DNA of 64,000 nt from Octopus vulgaris (GCA_951406725.2 OX597826.1:11718001-11782000); one strand, 5' to 3'; shown: positions 26,091-38,288, numbered from the stretch's first letter. A program made the numbers and translations. Notes: generated by a model from the sequence alone, not told the origin.

Positions 26091-28256
26091 TTACTTGTTT
26101 TCCGAAAGTTCTTTGTCTTTCACCTCACGGTCTTCTTCTATGAGGCTTTTATACAGTTTTTTCGATGAGTACTTTTGAAATCTCCCTACTGCATCAGGGT
26201 AAAGAGATTTCAGGGTGCTGTATGTGTTCTGTGTCACGTGTATTATTTTAATGTGTTGTGGTGGTGTTGTGTGTGGGTGGTTACTTGTTTTTATGTCGTT
26301 TTCAGTAATGTTAGTGTTTGACCTAATGTGTTCCATTAGGTCGTGGTTGTTTGTGTTTATGGCTGTCAACATTTTTGGGGGGTTTGATGATGGTGTGTTT
26401 GTGTTGATGTGTGTTTTTTCTGTGGATGTTTTTGTTTCGGGAGTGGTATATCTTCCCGCTTTGTTTGTTATTTTTTCTTTTCTTTTTTTTCCCCTTTTTC
26501 TTCTCCCCCCTGTGGCTATTTGCCAATCTTCCGTGTCTTCTTCGTCTAATGACAGATCAGACGAATCGGAGTCTGGAAGAGGGAAAGTATTGGGGTCTAT
26601 TGTCGACTGTGTTGGTTTTGTTGTTGGTGTTGGTTGGTGAGCGTTTGGTTGTGGTGTGTGCGGTTTTGGATGTGGGGTTTGGGTATTTTGTGTTTGAGTG
26701 ATTGTGGGTATTGTTGTGTTGTTTAGGGTCTCAATTTTGTGGGGATTTGGAGTTGTAATTGTTTCTTCATTTTTGCTGGGTGTCTTTTTGGCAGATGTCC
26801 TTGGTTTGGGAGTTGGTATATTCTTGGTTGTTGTTGTTGGTGATGCTGCTTCTGTTCTTGGTGCTGCAGTTGGTGTGGTTGTTTGTTTGGTGAGGTTTGT
26901 TCCTGCAAAAAGTGGTGTGGGTAGTAAACCTTGTTTATTTGTTTTTGTTTCCGGCTGCTGTTGTTGTTGCTGTTGTTTTCTTGCGGCAGATTTGCAGTCT
27001 TTTTTGAGGTGTTGCTCACTGCCGCATATGTAGCAACGTGGTCTTCTGCCATCGACGACCACATATAACTTGTGGTCGTCTGATACACATATCTGGGTGG
27101 GTATTTTTTTTATATCTTCATGATGTATATGTAGAAGAAATTCTATTTTTCTTCCCACCCAGTTTTTATGCTCTGTGACTGTGGTTTCCAAAATAGTATA
27201 ATTCGCCATTTTTATGCATAAGGCCTTTACAAGCCATAGACTATTGGCTATTTTGGGGACATTGTTTAGAGTGATCTTAGTCACTTTCTGTCCCCGATAG
27301 CTTGGTGTAAGTTGGAGTTCATCTGAGTGAAGAGTTAGCGTTGAGAAATGTCTAGCTAACTCTTCGGTGTAGAAAACGACTTGTATGTGGGCAAATTTGT
27401 TCCACCAGGTTACATATTCTTTATGATCCCAGATGGGTTTCAAGCACTTCTCTATTTTGCTTGTGTTGGCCTTCTCTGGGATTTTTGTTTTTTTGTTAAC
27501 TATTTTATAAATGATTGTTCGTCTTTTTTCATTTTCCAAAATATCTTCTGGTATGTTTATTTTTACTATACCTTCTGATTCTGTTATTTTGATGTTCGTG
27601 TCCTGTATTTGTTGAGCCGTAAAGTATATTGTTGTTTTTTTTTCTTTAATCGCCTCAGCGAAATTTGTTGTTGTTTTGTTATTGTTGTTGCTTGTGGTGA
27701 TGTTGTTGTTGGCTGCAGTTTGTAAAATTGGTGTGTTTGGTTCGATCGTGCAAGTAGGAAGGGGTGGAAAATTGCCTGCGTACTTTAGTCCTGCACTAGG
27801 GCAAAATTCGACATTTCGTTTGCTTGTCGTCGTTATTTTTTCACTTGTTGGTGATGGAGTGAGCAGTGGTTGAAGGGAATTGTTGTTGTCGTCGTTGTTG
27901 TTGTTGTTGTTGTTGTTGTTATTGTCGTTCTTGGTGACGGCGGTGGTGTTGGTAGTATTAGTAGCATTGACGGCACGGTCTTTGGTGGCGGTGATGGTGA
28001 TGTTGGTGTTGTTATTGGTGGCGATATCTTTAGTAGGGATAGCAGTTTTAGTAGCAGATTCTGCCATGGTGTTGGTGGTGGTGGTGGACTCACTGATGGT
28101 GTTGACGGTGCTTGGCCTTGCGACCTTTGTTTTGTATTTGTTGCTGTTGGTGGTGGTGGAGTTGTCAGGTTCGGCGTATGCTAACAGAGCATACTGTTTT
28201 TCTGTTTCTGCGTCACGCTTCACTTGCAACTCAGCCTCGTGGTGGCCAGTGGCCAT
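26091..28256 (-). CDS. Tx1 ORF1 (gag-like, zinc knuckle; 721 aa from the first ATG)
   Basis: Open frame; zinc knuckle CYICGSEQHLKKDC; Thr/Asn/Pro-rich low-complexity ends; basic patch WQIATGGRRKRGKKRK; lies directly upstream of ORF2. Confidence 0.9.
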   Translation of the reverse strand: MATGHHEAELQVKRDAETEKQYALLAYAEPDNSTTTNSNKYKTKVARPSTVNTISESTTTTNTMAESATKTAIPTKDIATNNNTNITITATKDRAVNATNTTNTTAVTKNDNNNNNNNNNNDDNNNSLQPLLTPSPTSEKITTTSKRNVEFCPSAGLKYAGNFPPLPTCTIEPNTPILQTAANNNITTSNNNNKTTTNFAEAIKEKKTTIYFTAQQIQDTNIKITESEGIVKINIPEDILENEKRRTIIYKIVNKKTKIPEKANTSKIEKCLKPIWDHKEYVTWWNKFAHIQVVFYTEELARHFSTLTLHSDELQLTPSYRGQKVTKITLNNVPKIANSLWLVKALCIKMANYTILETTVTEHKNWVGRKIEFLLHIHHEDIKKIPTQICVSDDHKLYVVVDGRRPRCYICGSEQHLKKDCKSAARKQQQQQQQPETKTNKQGLLPTPLFAGTNLTKQTTTPTAAPRTEAASPTTTTKNIPTPKPRTSAKKTPSKNEETITTPNPHKIETLNNTTIPTITQTQNTQTPHPKPHTPQPNAHQPTPTTKPTQSTIDPNTFPLPDSDSSDLSLDEEDTEDWQIATGGRRKRGKKRKEKITNKAGRYTTPETKTSTEKTHINTNTPSSNPPKMLTAINTNNHDLMEHIRSNTNITENDIKTSNHPHTTPPQHIKIIHVTQNTYSTLKSLYPDAVGRFQKYSSKKLYKSLIEEDREVKDKELSENK

Positions 28257-28475
28257 TTTGGAAATAAAATGGCTAAATGAAACCACGAAGGCTATGAGAA
28301 TTTTTTCTTTAAAATTTTGCCCACAAGGGGCAAAATTTTGTGTCGATATTTATCAAAGGTTTACAGTGGATGTTGTTGCACAACTTTTAAGCACAAAATG
28401 TTTGTCAATATACACTTTTAAATAGTCAAAATAAATGATTACCTTCGGAGCTGAAACGACATCACATCCGTCAAT

Positions 28476-28537
28476 AGAGAGAGAGAGAGAGAGAGACAGA
28501 TAGACAGACAGACAGATAGATAGATAGATAGATAGAG

Positions 28538-28607
<70 letters not shown>

Positions 28608-28631
28608 GTAGGTAGGTAGGTAGGTAGGTGG

Positions 28632-28708
<77 letters not shown>

Positions 28709-28725
28709 TGATAGATAGATAGATA
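28476..28725. repeat. (GA)n/(GACA)n/(GATA)n microsatellite, 5' flank of the Tx1 element
   Basis: Directly visible. Confidence 0.95.
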
Positions 28726-29689
28726 AGTGCATTATTCGTTCCGTGGGAAGAACCTGAATAAATCCGAGTCTTTTCTTCTTGCCAATCATTGACTGTCATC
28801 AGTTGAAATACTTGGAGTCTTTCTTAAAAATTTAACAAGCTAATCATATTTTTATTTTTGAGAAAAACCACGACGTAAATTCACAGAATAACCACTCTCT
28901 CCGCTAACCATTCTCTCCGACGCTCTCTTCAAGGAGTGTTGCGTGTCAGTAAAGAAATATATATATATAGTAGGGATTCTACCAATTTCTTCTTGAACAT
29001 CTCGTTTTCTATTGGCACGACCTAGCAACAAGCTCTAACTTGTGGATCCAGCTCTTGGGTGATGGCACTGGTAGGCTTGCTAAACCTGGCTGAATACTCG
29101 TTAGAATGTGTTTTTCATGTTTATCATCCTACATAAAGACTGAATTTCGACAAAATGTCGAAACTTAAATATCAGTGATTATTTTCGATAGGACGAAGTA
29201 CCTTATCCACCAATGTTGCAAAAGGTTACTTGCCTCACAGCACAGTGTGAAACATTTTGTCTTGGTATTTTAACTCATTCCTGATACATTTTCCAGTCGT
29301 CTCGGCTGTCTTCCTACAGGCCAAGGAAGTCAAGGGTGAGAGATTAAAGCTGATCGTCTGGTTCAGCCTTTTGCTTTATTATAATTCAAGAGCAGTGCTT
29401 GTCAAAACTAGAACTTCTTGGGGCCATAAACAAAGGAGAACTTTCATACCAATAAGGGCTAGTGCCCCTTTCTCACTCATGAGAGCACACGGAAGGATTT
29501 AGAATGAGTAGAAACAGTTATATTTTGTACGAACACCTGCGCGGATACTTTTTTGATTTCTGACAATCATAAAAATATACCATGGGCTTCTAAGAGTTGC
29601 TGCCTTAGTTATCTTCTAAAATTAGAAAGAAAAGGACCAGTGTATGTACATGCGTGTATACAAATGTCTGTAGATATACATATGTGTAG

Positions 29690-32360
29690 GTTCCCCAATG
29701 GAGAAGTTCTTAAGCAGATCAGGCCGAAAATGTCGCTAGAAGCTAGGATCACCAAGCATAGATTGGCATATTTCGGTCATATTATGCGAAGAAAATCCCT
29801 GGAGAAGGACATCATGCTCGGAATGGTCAGTGGCAAGAGAGGAAGAGGCTGACCAAGAACCGGCTGGCTTGACACCATCAAAAGTGATGTTAGTTAGTTA
29901 GTTAGTTAATTTTTTGGCTCAAAAAGCAAAAAGCAAGGCCATGTAGGGGGACATGGAGTTATGTACAGGGTGGTGTTCATGTAAAGAGTTCAGGCCACTT
30001 GTGGTCAAGGGAGACTTTGAACCGAGCGGTCGTCGGCATCTTCACCATCTCGTCTGGCAGCTTATTCCACGGATCCGCAACCCGGACGGAGAAAGCCCTC
30101 TCCTTCAATTGAGATGAAATCGTCGCAGAGAGAGCTTTTCGGAATGACCCCGCAGCCGACGCTCTGGAGCAGGAGTGAAGAACAGCTCTTTCGAGAGGTT
30201 ACACTTTCCGCTTATGATGTGAGCAAGAATGAGATCTCTACGGCGTCGTCGTTTTTCTAGAGAATAAAGGTCGAGCGTCTTCAGCCTTTCTTCATAAGAC
30301 AAATTCTTGAGACCAAGAACCATGCGGGTAACCAGCTTCTGGACTCTTTCGAGATGCTGTATGTCTTTGAGGAGATAAGGAGAAGAGGCTTGAATCCCGT
30401 ACTCCAATATGGGTCTCACCAGCGTGACATAAAGCGGTAGGAATATGGCTGCTGTGAGCATTCCGAATGACCGTCGAATCAAGAACAGAATTCCGCGTGC
30501 TTTGTTGGCAGCATGGACGCACTGGGACGAAGGCGAAAAGGAGGAATCCACCAAGATACCCAGGTCCTTTACCTGATCGGTCCTCTCCAGCAGCAGACGA
30601 CCCGGCTCGAAATCAAGTTGAGTTGCAGGAGGAGAGCCAACAGGCAGATGACAGCACTTTGACACGTTCAGACACAGGTCCCATTCGTTAGACCATCTCC
30701 AAATTTGGTGGAGGCGGAAGATCCTCTATATCACCGCGAGGAGCGACCAGTTTGACATCGTCGGCAAATAGAAGGGTGTGTTGCGTGAGGTCGTCGGGCA
30801 AGTCATTTATGAAGACTAAGAACAATAAGGGCCAAAGCACTGAACCTTGAGGCACGCCACTGATCGCACTGGAGACGTCGGACCGCGAACCATTAACTTG
30901 AACTTGGAAGGAGCGATCTGAGAGGAAGGCACCAACCCATCGTACAATATCCGGATGGAAACTATATGCTTGAAGCTTGACAAGTAATAGGCGGTGGTTT
31001 ACCGAGTCAAAAGCTTTAGCAAAGTCCAATAAAACGATGTCAACAGCATCACTATCATCGAGGATGCGCGTCACCAATTCTTCCATTACCAGTAAGTTGG
31101 TCAAGCATGATCTCTTCGGCACGAAGCCGTGTTGAGAATCAGAGATAGAGGCTGTGTTTTGGAGGTGGAGAATCATACTTTTCTTAAGGATGGTTTCGAA
31201 CATCTTGCTGATTATTGATGTAAGGGAAACCGGTCAGTAGTTAAGCGGGTCTTCGCGGCTCCCTTTCTTGAAAATTGGGCAGATTATCGCTGTTCTCCAG
31301 TCCGCAGGTATAACACCCGTCGTCAATGACATATTGAATAGACGTGTTAAGGGCTCGCAGATGACCGGAGCCAACGCTTTGATAACCTGTGGGTGTATGC
31401 CGTCAGGGCCGTGACCCTTGTTGACAACGAGGCCTTGAATAACGCGTTCGACTTCGTCCCGCGTGATGACCAATCGAAGCATTGGAGGTACCGATCTATC
31501 AAATGGAGGGGGTTCGCGACCATCATCTTGTTTGAAAATAGTTGAAAATGCCTCGGCAAATAATTGACTCTGTTGATAAGGGTCCTCAATCGATACGCCT
31601 GTTGAGTCTACCAACGTTGCAATTTGGTTGTTCAAACGGAAATTCCGTTGGACATGGGCAAAGAAAGTTTTTGGATTGCTACTGGCGTTTGCCGCGATTT
31701 TGTATTCATATCTGAAGCGTTCTTCTTTTTCCATTTTCACGGCTCGGTCTCGTTGAGTTTTGTACACCTCAAAAGCTGCAGTCTAATCCAGATTTTTGAA
31801 TTCAGCCCAAGCAATATCTCTGAGCCGAAGCTCTCGTTTAACCTTCTTCGTCACCCAGGGCTTGTGTTTCTTCTTCTTGGGAAGCCCAACGGGAACTGCC
31901 TGGTCAGTCAACCAGATTACATATGCTTTAAGGGATGACCATAGTTCGTCAACTGAGGACAACGTCATCAGGGAACGCCAGTCCAGAAGCGCGGAAGCCT
32001 CGGTTAGAATTTCAAGATTAATTGCAGAGAAGACTCTACGTGGCAGCGAAGTAGTCGTGAGCGTAGAAAAAGTTGTGTGCATGACGAACTTCAGGACCGC
32101 ATGATCACTCTTGGCAAGAGGGGCGCACACAGATACGTCTGACACTGATCTTGGATAGCGGGAGAATACAAGATCCAGCATAGATGGCTGCTGCCCAGAC
32201 CGATGCCTTGTCGGATATTCAACATGTTGCGATAGAAAACAATCTTCAGCCGGAATGGACATAGCCAATCTGAAAGAAGTGGCCCAAGATAGAACTGACT
32301 GGAGGACACTGATCCAACGAGTAACCGAGAGTCGACTTCGACTGAGCGGATAGGTAGATA
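29690..32360 (+). mobile_element. RTE-type 3' fragment split by the CR1 insertion (parts 29690-29888 and 32249-32360)
   Basis: RLAYFGHIMRRKSLEKDIMLGMVSGKRGRG...WLDTIKSD continues in frame after the insert as AGMDIANLKEVAQDRTDWRTLIQRVTESRLRLSG*. Confidence 0.8.
29889..32248 (-). mobile_element. 5'-truncated CR1-clade LINE (end of EN plus RT), frameshifted, (TAAC)n tail
   Basis: SDHAVL, KGHGPDGIHP, PLNY, QHGFVPKRSCLTNLL, LDFAKAFDSV, GVPQGSVL, LFADD, LVRPILEY, LERVQK, spread over ORFs 30105-32379. Confidence 0.9.
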
Positions 32361-32449
32361 GATTTATGCACACACTCACACATAAACAGACGCAAACACA
32401 CAGACATATACATATTCATCCATCTTTTCTACCCAATATTCTTAGCATT

Positions 32450-33220
32450 TTTGAGAGTGTAGTGGCTGTAGCATCCTCTTCTGCACCTTCTCAGTTGGGT
32501 TCTATCAGGAGCAAGTGTCATTAGTCGTTTCAGTTGGATTTCCAAGCGCGATCAACTGAGGCTATTGACATTATTCAACCATCGCGTTCTTGATTTACCC
32601 GATTCTTTCCTATGACATTCTAACCATCTGTTCATAGTTCTGAGTTTGTGATTTCTCAATGCTGACAACAAGTGGCTCGGCTTGAGGTGACTCCCTGATC
32701 TCCGTGCAATGCACCTTGGCATGTAATGTTACTTCAGAGGCCCTTAGTAGGGATCCCATTTCGGCTGCTTGTATTTGTAATTGTACTCTTTCGATCATTA
32801 TCCAACATTCATGATCATAAGGGAGACTAGGCATGAAGACCAAAATGAATATAGCGAATTTAATATTTTTTACCACTTTTTTCCTTTCTGAGGACCGAAA
32901 GATGGAGTGGGCAAATTACTGTGCCAGTACCTAAAATTCTAGCATCCAATTCAGCCCTGTCTTCCATTATTCGTGAATAGGCCTCGAAATAGTCGAACTT
33001 TTCCATTTGTCTCAACGATGTTCCATTAACATGCAGAATGCACACAAGTACGAGTTTCTTGAGCGGACCGATGTCTCGGTTTTCGCAACACTATTTCTCA
33101 TCCTTGCCTTCCTGCACTCGGCAGCGAGCCCATTCAGTGCAAGCTGGTTGAGATCACTTGATGTGCTAAATAACAGCATGTCATCTGCAAATATCAGCCG
33201 ACCGATACTACACTCACCGA
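32450..33220 (-). mobile_element. Decayed RTE-clade LINE RT fragment
   Basis: LIFADDMLL...ECRKARMRNSVAKTE; LPYDHECWIMIERVQLQIQAAEM. Confidence 0.7.
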
Positions 33221-33283
33221 CTAAACATATATATATATATATATATATATTGATCAAAATAAAAACATGATGCGAAGGATTCA

Positions 33284-33361
33284 GCGGTACATATGTTTCG
33301 GGCCTTTATTAGACAGATTTATAACAATGCATAATGTATGTCTGTGGCCTTCTTCAGCCGC
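33284..33361 (-). ncRNA. Minimal type-I hammerhead ribozyme motif
   Basis: GCGG-CTGAAGA-A-GGCC...GGCC-C-GAAA-CATATG-TA-CCGC: 4-bp helix I, palindromic helix III ACATATGT, GUA triplet. Confidence 0.7.
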
Positions 33362-34255
33362 GCACAACAGCTTCCACAAGGACATGTGTTACATCAAAAA
33401 TTCTTGGTTGGGGATGCAAATCCTCCCATTCGCGTACGACATAATGCGGCAGCAGCATAGAATTGAAGCGTCCATCTCTTTCTTCTCTCAATGTAGGATG
33501 AGGAAAAATGGATGTTGAAGTAATGTAAATAAATAAATACATGTATATACGTGAAGATGGAGGGGCGAGAATTCAGGACGAGGGATAAAAAAAGTATAAA
33601 AAGTGTAAGTATAGAAAAATATAAAAATGTAGAGCATAAAGATATAAAGAGATATAAAGAGATATAAGGAGATGTAAAGGGGGTATAAAGAATATAAAGA
33701 AATATAAAGAAATATAAATAAATGTAAAGGCATAAGGTTATAAAGTAAAAATAGAAATAGAAATAAAAATAAAAGTAAAAAAACATGATAAAAATGTAAC
33801 AAAATATAAAAAAATATAAAGATAATTATCAAGTACTCACCCCGAATTTCTATATATATATATATATAACTTAGGGTATCTACGAGATACCACCATGCTG
33901 AAAATAGCAACCAGGATCTGACTCTAAAACCACCTTAAGAGAAGACAAAAAGACAAAATAAAACAAGTAAAAAATTACTGGATAATTCCAGATCCAGGAT
34001 TTCTGGTTTTGCATTTAGAAGTGCTTTGCCTCATCAGTGAATATACGCAGAGAAAAACATAAATACATATATATATATATATAAATACAATAAACGATTA
34101 CTTACATATACGAACGTATACATACATATATATGCACGTATATATATATATACATACATATGCAAAGTCACTTTGATCCGCGAAAGAGAGGTGCAGCCAA
34201 TGGTAAGTATCCAAGAGGCAAAGAAAATCCAAGGTAGAGGTAAGTGTTGATAGTG

Positions 34256-34286
<31 letters not shown>

Positions 34287-34288
34287 CA

Positions 34289-34322
<34 letters not shown>

Positions 34323-35204
34323 CATACATACATGCATATATACATACATATACATATATATGCCTTTTAGATCTCTAACATGAAAGAACAGACTATGCAA
34401 GCCTTACCACCTTGTAGCTGAGATACCAACTTTATACGGTAATAATCATCGTTTCCCAGGTTATTGAAAATAATAAAATTTAAGTATGCCTTTTAATTCT
34501 CTAAGTAAAATGAAAATGGATTATGCAGTTCTCAACAGTAATTAGTTGAGGTACAAACTATTAAAATCAATAACATGTTTCATCCGATGTTCCCACTATT
34601 AAAATTATTAAAAAAAAACAGGTAGTTTTCTCTGTTTTTGCAATCACCTTCAATTGTCGGTACTTATTTGAAACACGTTGAACCTGGAAATGCATAAATT
34701 TGAGAAAAACCGAGTCAACTAAATGCACAGATCTGCTTTATCAAAGGACACTTAGATACATATCCTGCAGAAGCATGAGTCGGAATGGAATATGAAGAAA
34801 ATACTTTGATAAATAAATTTCTAAGATGTATAGTTCTCTATTCTTCATTATGATATCTTGATTATACTCTGTATGCAACATGAAATACAATCAAGCAAAC
34901 TTTAATTGTTTATCTATGATTTATATATGCTCCCTATTATTTGATGTGGTTAGCCTGATAAGGATTGTATCAGAGTGCTCATAAGGCACCTGCGCAGATT
35001 TTAAATAAGACAGGACTTATATTAATTTTCCCTCCGAAATGACGCACTAGGGCTTATTTTCAGGGGAGTTAAATATTTTTTTCATGTACCGAAAAACGAC
35101 ATTACGAAATAGAAAATTACGAAAATACTAAATAAACAGAAATTACGAAAAACGATCTACGTTTTACATATTTTTTTTTTACTCAGAAACTCTTTGACAA
35201 CAAT

Positions 35205-36803
35205 TTATTGAAAAACAGTCATATCATCGTCCTCTTGAATGTCATTGTGCTGCAAATCACTGGATTCCAAAATTCCTGCGAAGTTTTCGTGTGACTCCAT
35301 TTCCTGCAGAACATTTGTCCGCAATCTTTCATGTCGAGCAATAGCGGTCTCATTGAATGGGAAGTTCTTGTCTAGGTAGCCTGCTCGTAGTGCATTGGCA
35401 ACACAGCTGTCTGTGATTTTGTTCCATGAATTCGTCTCCCAAGTCACGATCTCTTGCAGGCCGGGTTTCACAAAATTTCCACGCTGATTTCTCACCATTT
35501 TGTTTTCAATGTAGTCATCGATTTCCATGTGTAAAGGGTCCTTAAATGATTTATTTATTGCATTTTCAATAGTTTGGAGATAGGCAGTCATTCCTGCAGG
35601 AATAAAGATTTGATCTATTCTTCTTTTTGCATAGAAGTTCTTCATGTCTTTTGCGCGGTGCATGCAGGCTGGACTATCAGACCTCTTTGGCCTCCTCACA
35701 AAATAAGCGGCAGCAGGAAATCGATCCACTTCCTTAAAACTGCCTGTATGCACCAAACCTTTTCAGTTTCCAGAACACTGATGCTTGAAACGCGTTCAAT
35801 TATATCCTTCCTTTAAAGATGATTGGAGATGGAGCTTTACTTCCGCCGAGACAAATTGCCAAAATATATCTAACTCGTGCGCTTTCGTAACCCCTGGAGG
35901 GAATGTAGATTGACAACGCACCCCTTTGATCTATAGTCAGTTGAGATCCTTGGCATGTGAAAACTGCAATTTCATCAATTGCAATCATGTTGGAGAGACG
36001 GTATTTAGTAAAGTCGGCGAGCTGGCAGAAACGTTAGCACGCCGGGCGAAATGCTTAGCGGTATTTCGTCTGCAGTTACATTCTGAGTTCAAATTCCGCC
36101 GAGGTCGACTTTGCCTTTCATCCTTTCGGGGTCGATTAAATAAGTACCAGTTACGCACTGGGGTCGATATAATCGACTTAATCTGTTTGTCTGTCCTTGT
36201 TTGTCCTCTCTGTATTTAGCCCCTTGTGGGTAGTAAAGAAATAGGTATTTAGTAAAGTCTTTGCCATCAACAAAGGACTTAAATGCAAGTACATGTTTAA
36301 TAATCTCGGTATCTTCCGGTTTGAAAAGTGTTGTCAGCCCTCTCATAGAAAGTTCATGTCACTGAAGGAAATCATCCAGCCAGTGTTATGATGCTCTGAA
36401 TTCTTCTGAAAATATACCAATACCAAACTGTGGTGCATTTGCGAGGGCAAATGCTTGAATATCCGTCCTGCTAACAACCAAAGCCATTACTCTCCTGTGA
36501 GCAACCCATTCACAAATGAAGCCTTCCAGCTCAGAAAATAGTGGTTGCCGACCTGATCCACACTTGCGTTTCTTTGCAGTTCCCACGTCCACTTGTTGAC
36601 TGAGTTTATCGTAGTCTACTCGCCAATTTCGAACCATTCGCGTGATCCAAATTCTTTTCTTTGCAGTAAACAGTAAGATTCTTGCCCAGTGATTGCTGCA
36701 CGATTCCTTTCATGTACTCAATGGAATAACGCTTTCTTTTTGCACTCATCTTGTCTAGGGGTAGAAGTGACTTGACAAATGATTTCCCATTCAATTTCAT
36801 CAT
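35205..36803 (-). pseudogene. pogo-family transposase pseudogene (HTH, CENP-B HTH and DDE domains)
   Basis: KRKRYSIEY; GSGRQPLFSELEGFICEWV...IQAFA...FRAS; IAIDEIAV; FIPAGMTAYLQTIENAINKSFKD; split by frameshifts and a SINE. Confidence 0.85.
36016..36243 (+). mobile_element. Complete SINE family C copy with 16-bp TSD
   Basis: GGTATTTAGTAAAGTC at 36000-36015 and 36244-36259. Confidence 0.92.
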
Positions 36804-36991
36804 GTTACTTTATGAGTACTTAATGTTTTTTGCATCTACTGACTAGTACTGACCACTGATGAAAATGTTACACGACACACTTGAAAGCTCCGATCATGGG
36901 CTGTCGATTGATGTACAACTTGATAATATTTGAGTTACGAAAGAGACACCAGGATAGATTTTGTGAGTGTCGTTATTTTATTTTTTAGCCG

Positions 36992-37859
36992 CCTCGGTCC
37001 AGACCTCCAGATAGAGAAGAATTGGAGTGAGGTTACAAGCAGGTGGAACTTCTTAACCAGACCTGGTCTGGGCGCAGGCTATCCCCGAAAGGGAGGGTGG
37101 AGGTTGCAAATGTGTTTATCGCATGTGCAATCACCTACCACCTAACCGTCATGCCTTGCCCAGATTAGTGGCTAAGCAAGTTGGAGGCTGAGGCATCTTT
37201 GGCTCTACTTAGATGGTTGTGTTGCCGAGGAACCTTACCAGTTCGAGAAAACTCGCCAGGCACAGCTCTTCATGCCCTAGATGCACACAGAGCAGTGAAA
37301 CTGTTCTGAATGCAATTGTGCAGTGTCCGAAACCATCGGAATTGTGGGTTTATGTTGAACAACTGCCGTCACGTTTGGAAAGAGTGCAACTGTCCTCTGA
37401 GTCTATAATAAGGATTGATTCTCCGCCCTCTCTGAACAGGGAAGGGAGGGTTTGTTTTTCTATCTGTGGTGGCTGTAGAAAAAGAGGTTGTGTGGAGGAC
37501 ACGCATGTAAGGTTTAGTTGACAGGCATCTTTCTTCATCTCCAGCCTCGGTTTAGTAAACTTTTTTTATTTTCCATCTTAAAAGGAAAATAAACTCAGTA
37601 CATATGAGAAAAGATGGAAGAAAGTGGCAACCGTGTTGAGAGTGAATGTGCCTGCTTAAGGGAGACATAAAATTCTCTTAAAAGGTTCAGTGGAGGAATG
37701 TGGTTTGTGGGGTCGCATCCGTCCTTCACTCCATCATCATCATCATCATCCAATTTTATATATCATCATAAATTTTTAATCTTGTCATCCCATTCGATCC
37801 CCCGACCCCTTCGTCTATCCTCTCGTTGTCTACCTTTATGGTAAATAAAAAAAAATCAG
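36992..37859 (+). mobile_element. Diverged 5'-truncated Tx1-family copy with ~13-bp TSD
   Basis: LGPDLQIEKNWSEVTSR and CPRCTQSSETVLNAIVQCP...PPSLNREG match the ORF2 C-terminus; TTATTT(T)TTAGCCG at 36978-36991 and 37860-37872. Confidence 0.85.
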
Positions 37860-38154
37860 TTATTTTTAGCCGTCAGAATGATATTTTGAACGGTGTATCC
37901 ACCGCAACAAAACGGTTTGAATCAGTATGAAGAGGCCACTTGTTTCATTCGTCTGTCTGCCGCTCTCAACTTGGGCTTATTTTAAGAGAAGAGCTTAGAT
38001 TAATATCCTCCTGAAAAATCATGCTAGGTCTTATTTTCAGGGAGACACGGTATGCATCTTCTATCTTTTTACCTGTTTCAGTCATTAGACTGCAGCCATG
38101 CTGGGGCACCACCTTGAATTTGTAGTCGAATGAATCGACCCACTTCAGTACCTG

Positions 38155-38288
<134 letters not shown>

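Larger units (their letters stand above)
22303..28474 (-). mobile_element. Apparently full-length, intact Tx1-clade (L1 group) non-LTR retrotransposon
   Basis: Two uninterrupted ORFs, ~220-nt 5' UTR, ~300-nt 3' UTR ending AATAAAAGAAAGAAAG; both flanks are (GA)n/(GATA)n/(GACA)n microsatellite. Confidence 0.92.
35000..38050 (-). mobile_element. Decayed pogo/Tigger-type DNA transposon hosting a SINE and a Tx1 fragment
   Basis: Terminal TA|CCGTGTCTCCCTGAAAATAAGACC at 38052 (- strand); related subterminal AAATAAGAC/GGGCTTATTTTC motifs near 35000-35070. Confidence 0.7.

Noticed and set aside
22642-28425. Antisense and alternate-frame ORFs overlapping the Tx1 element
   Set aside because: Shadow frames of the two real ORFs; no motifs.
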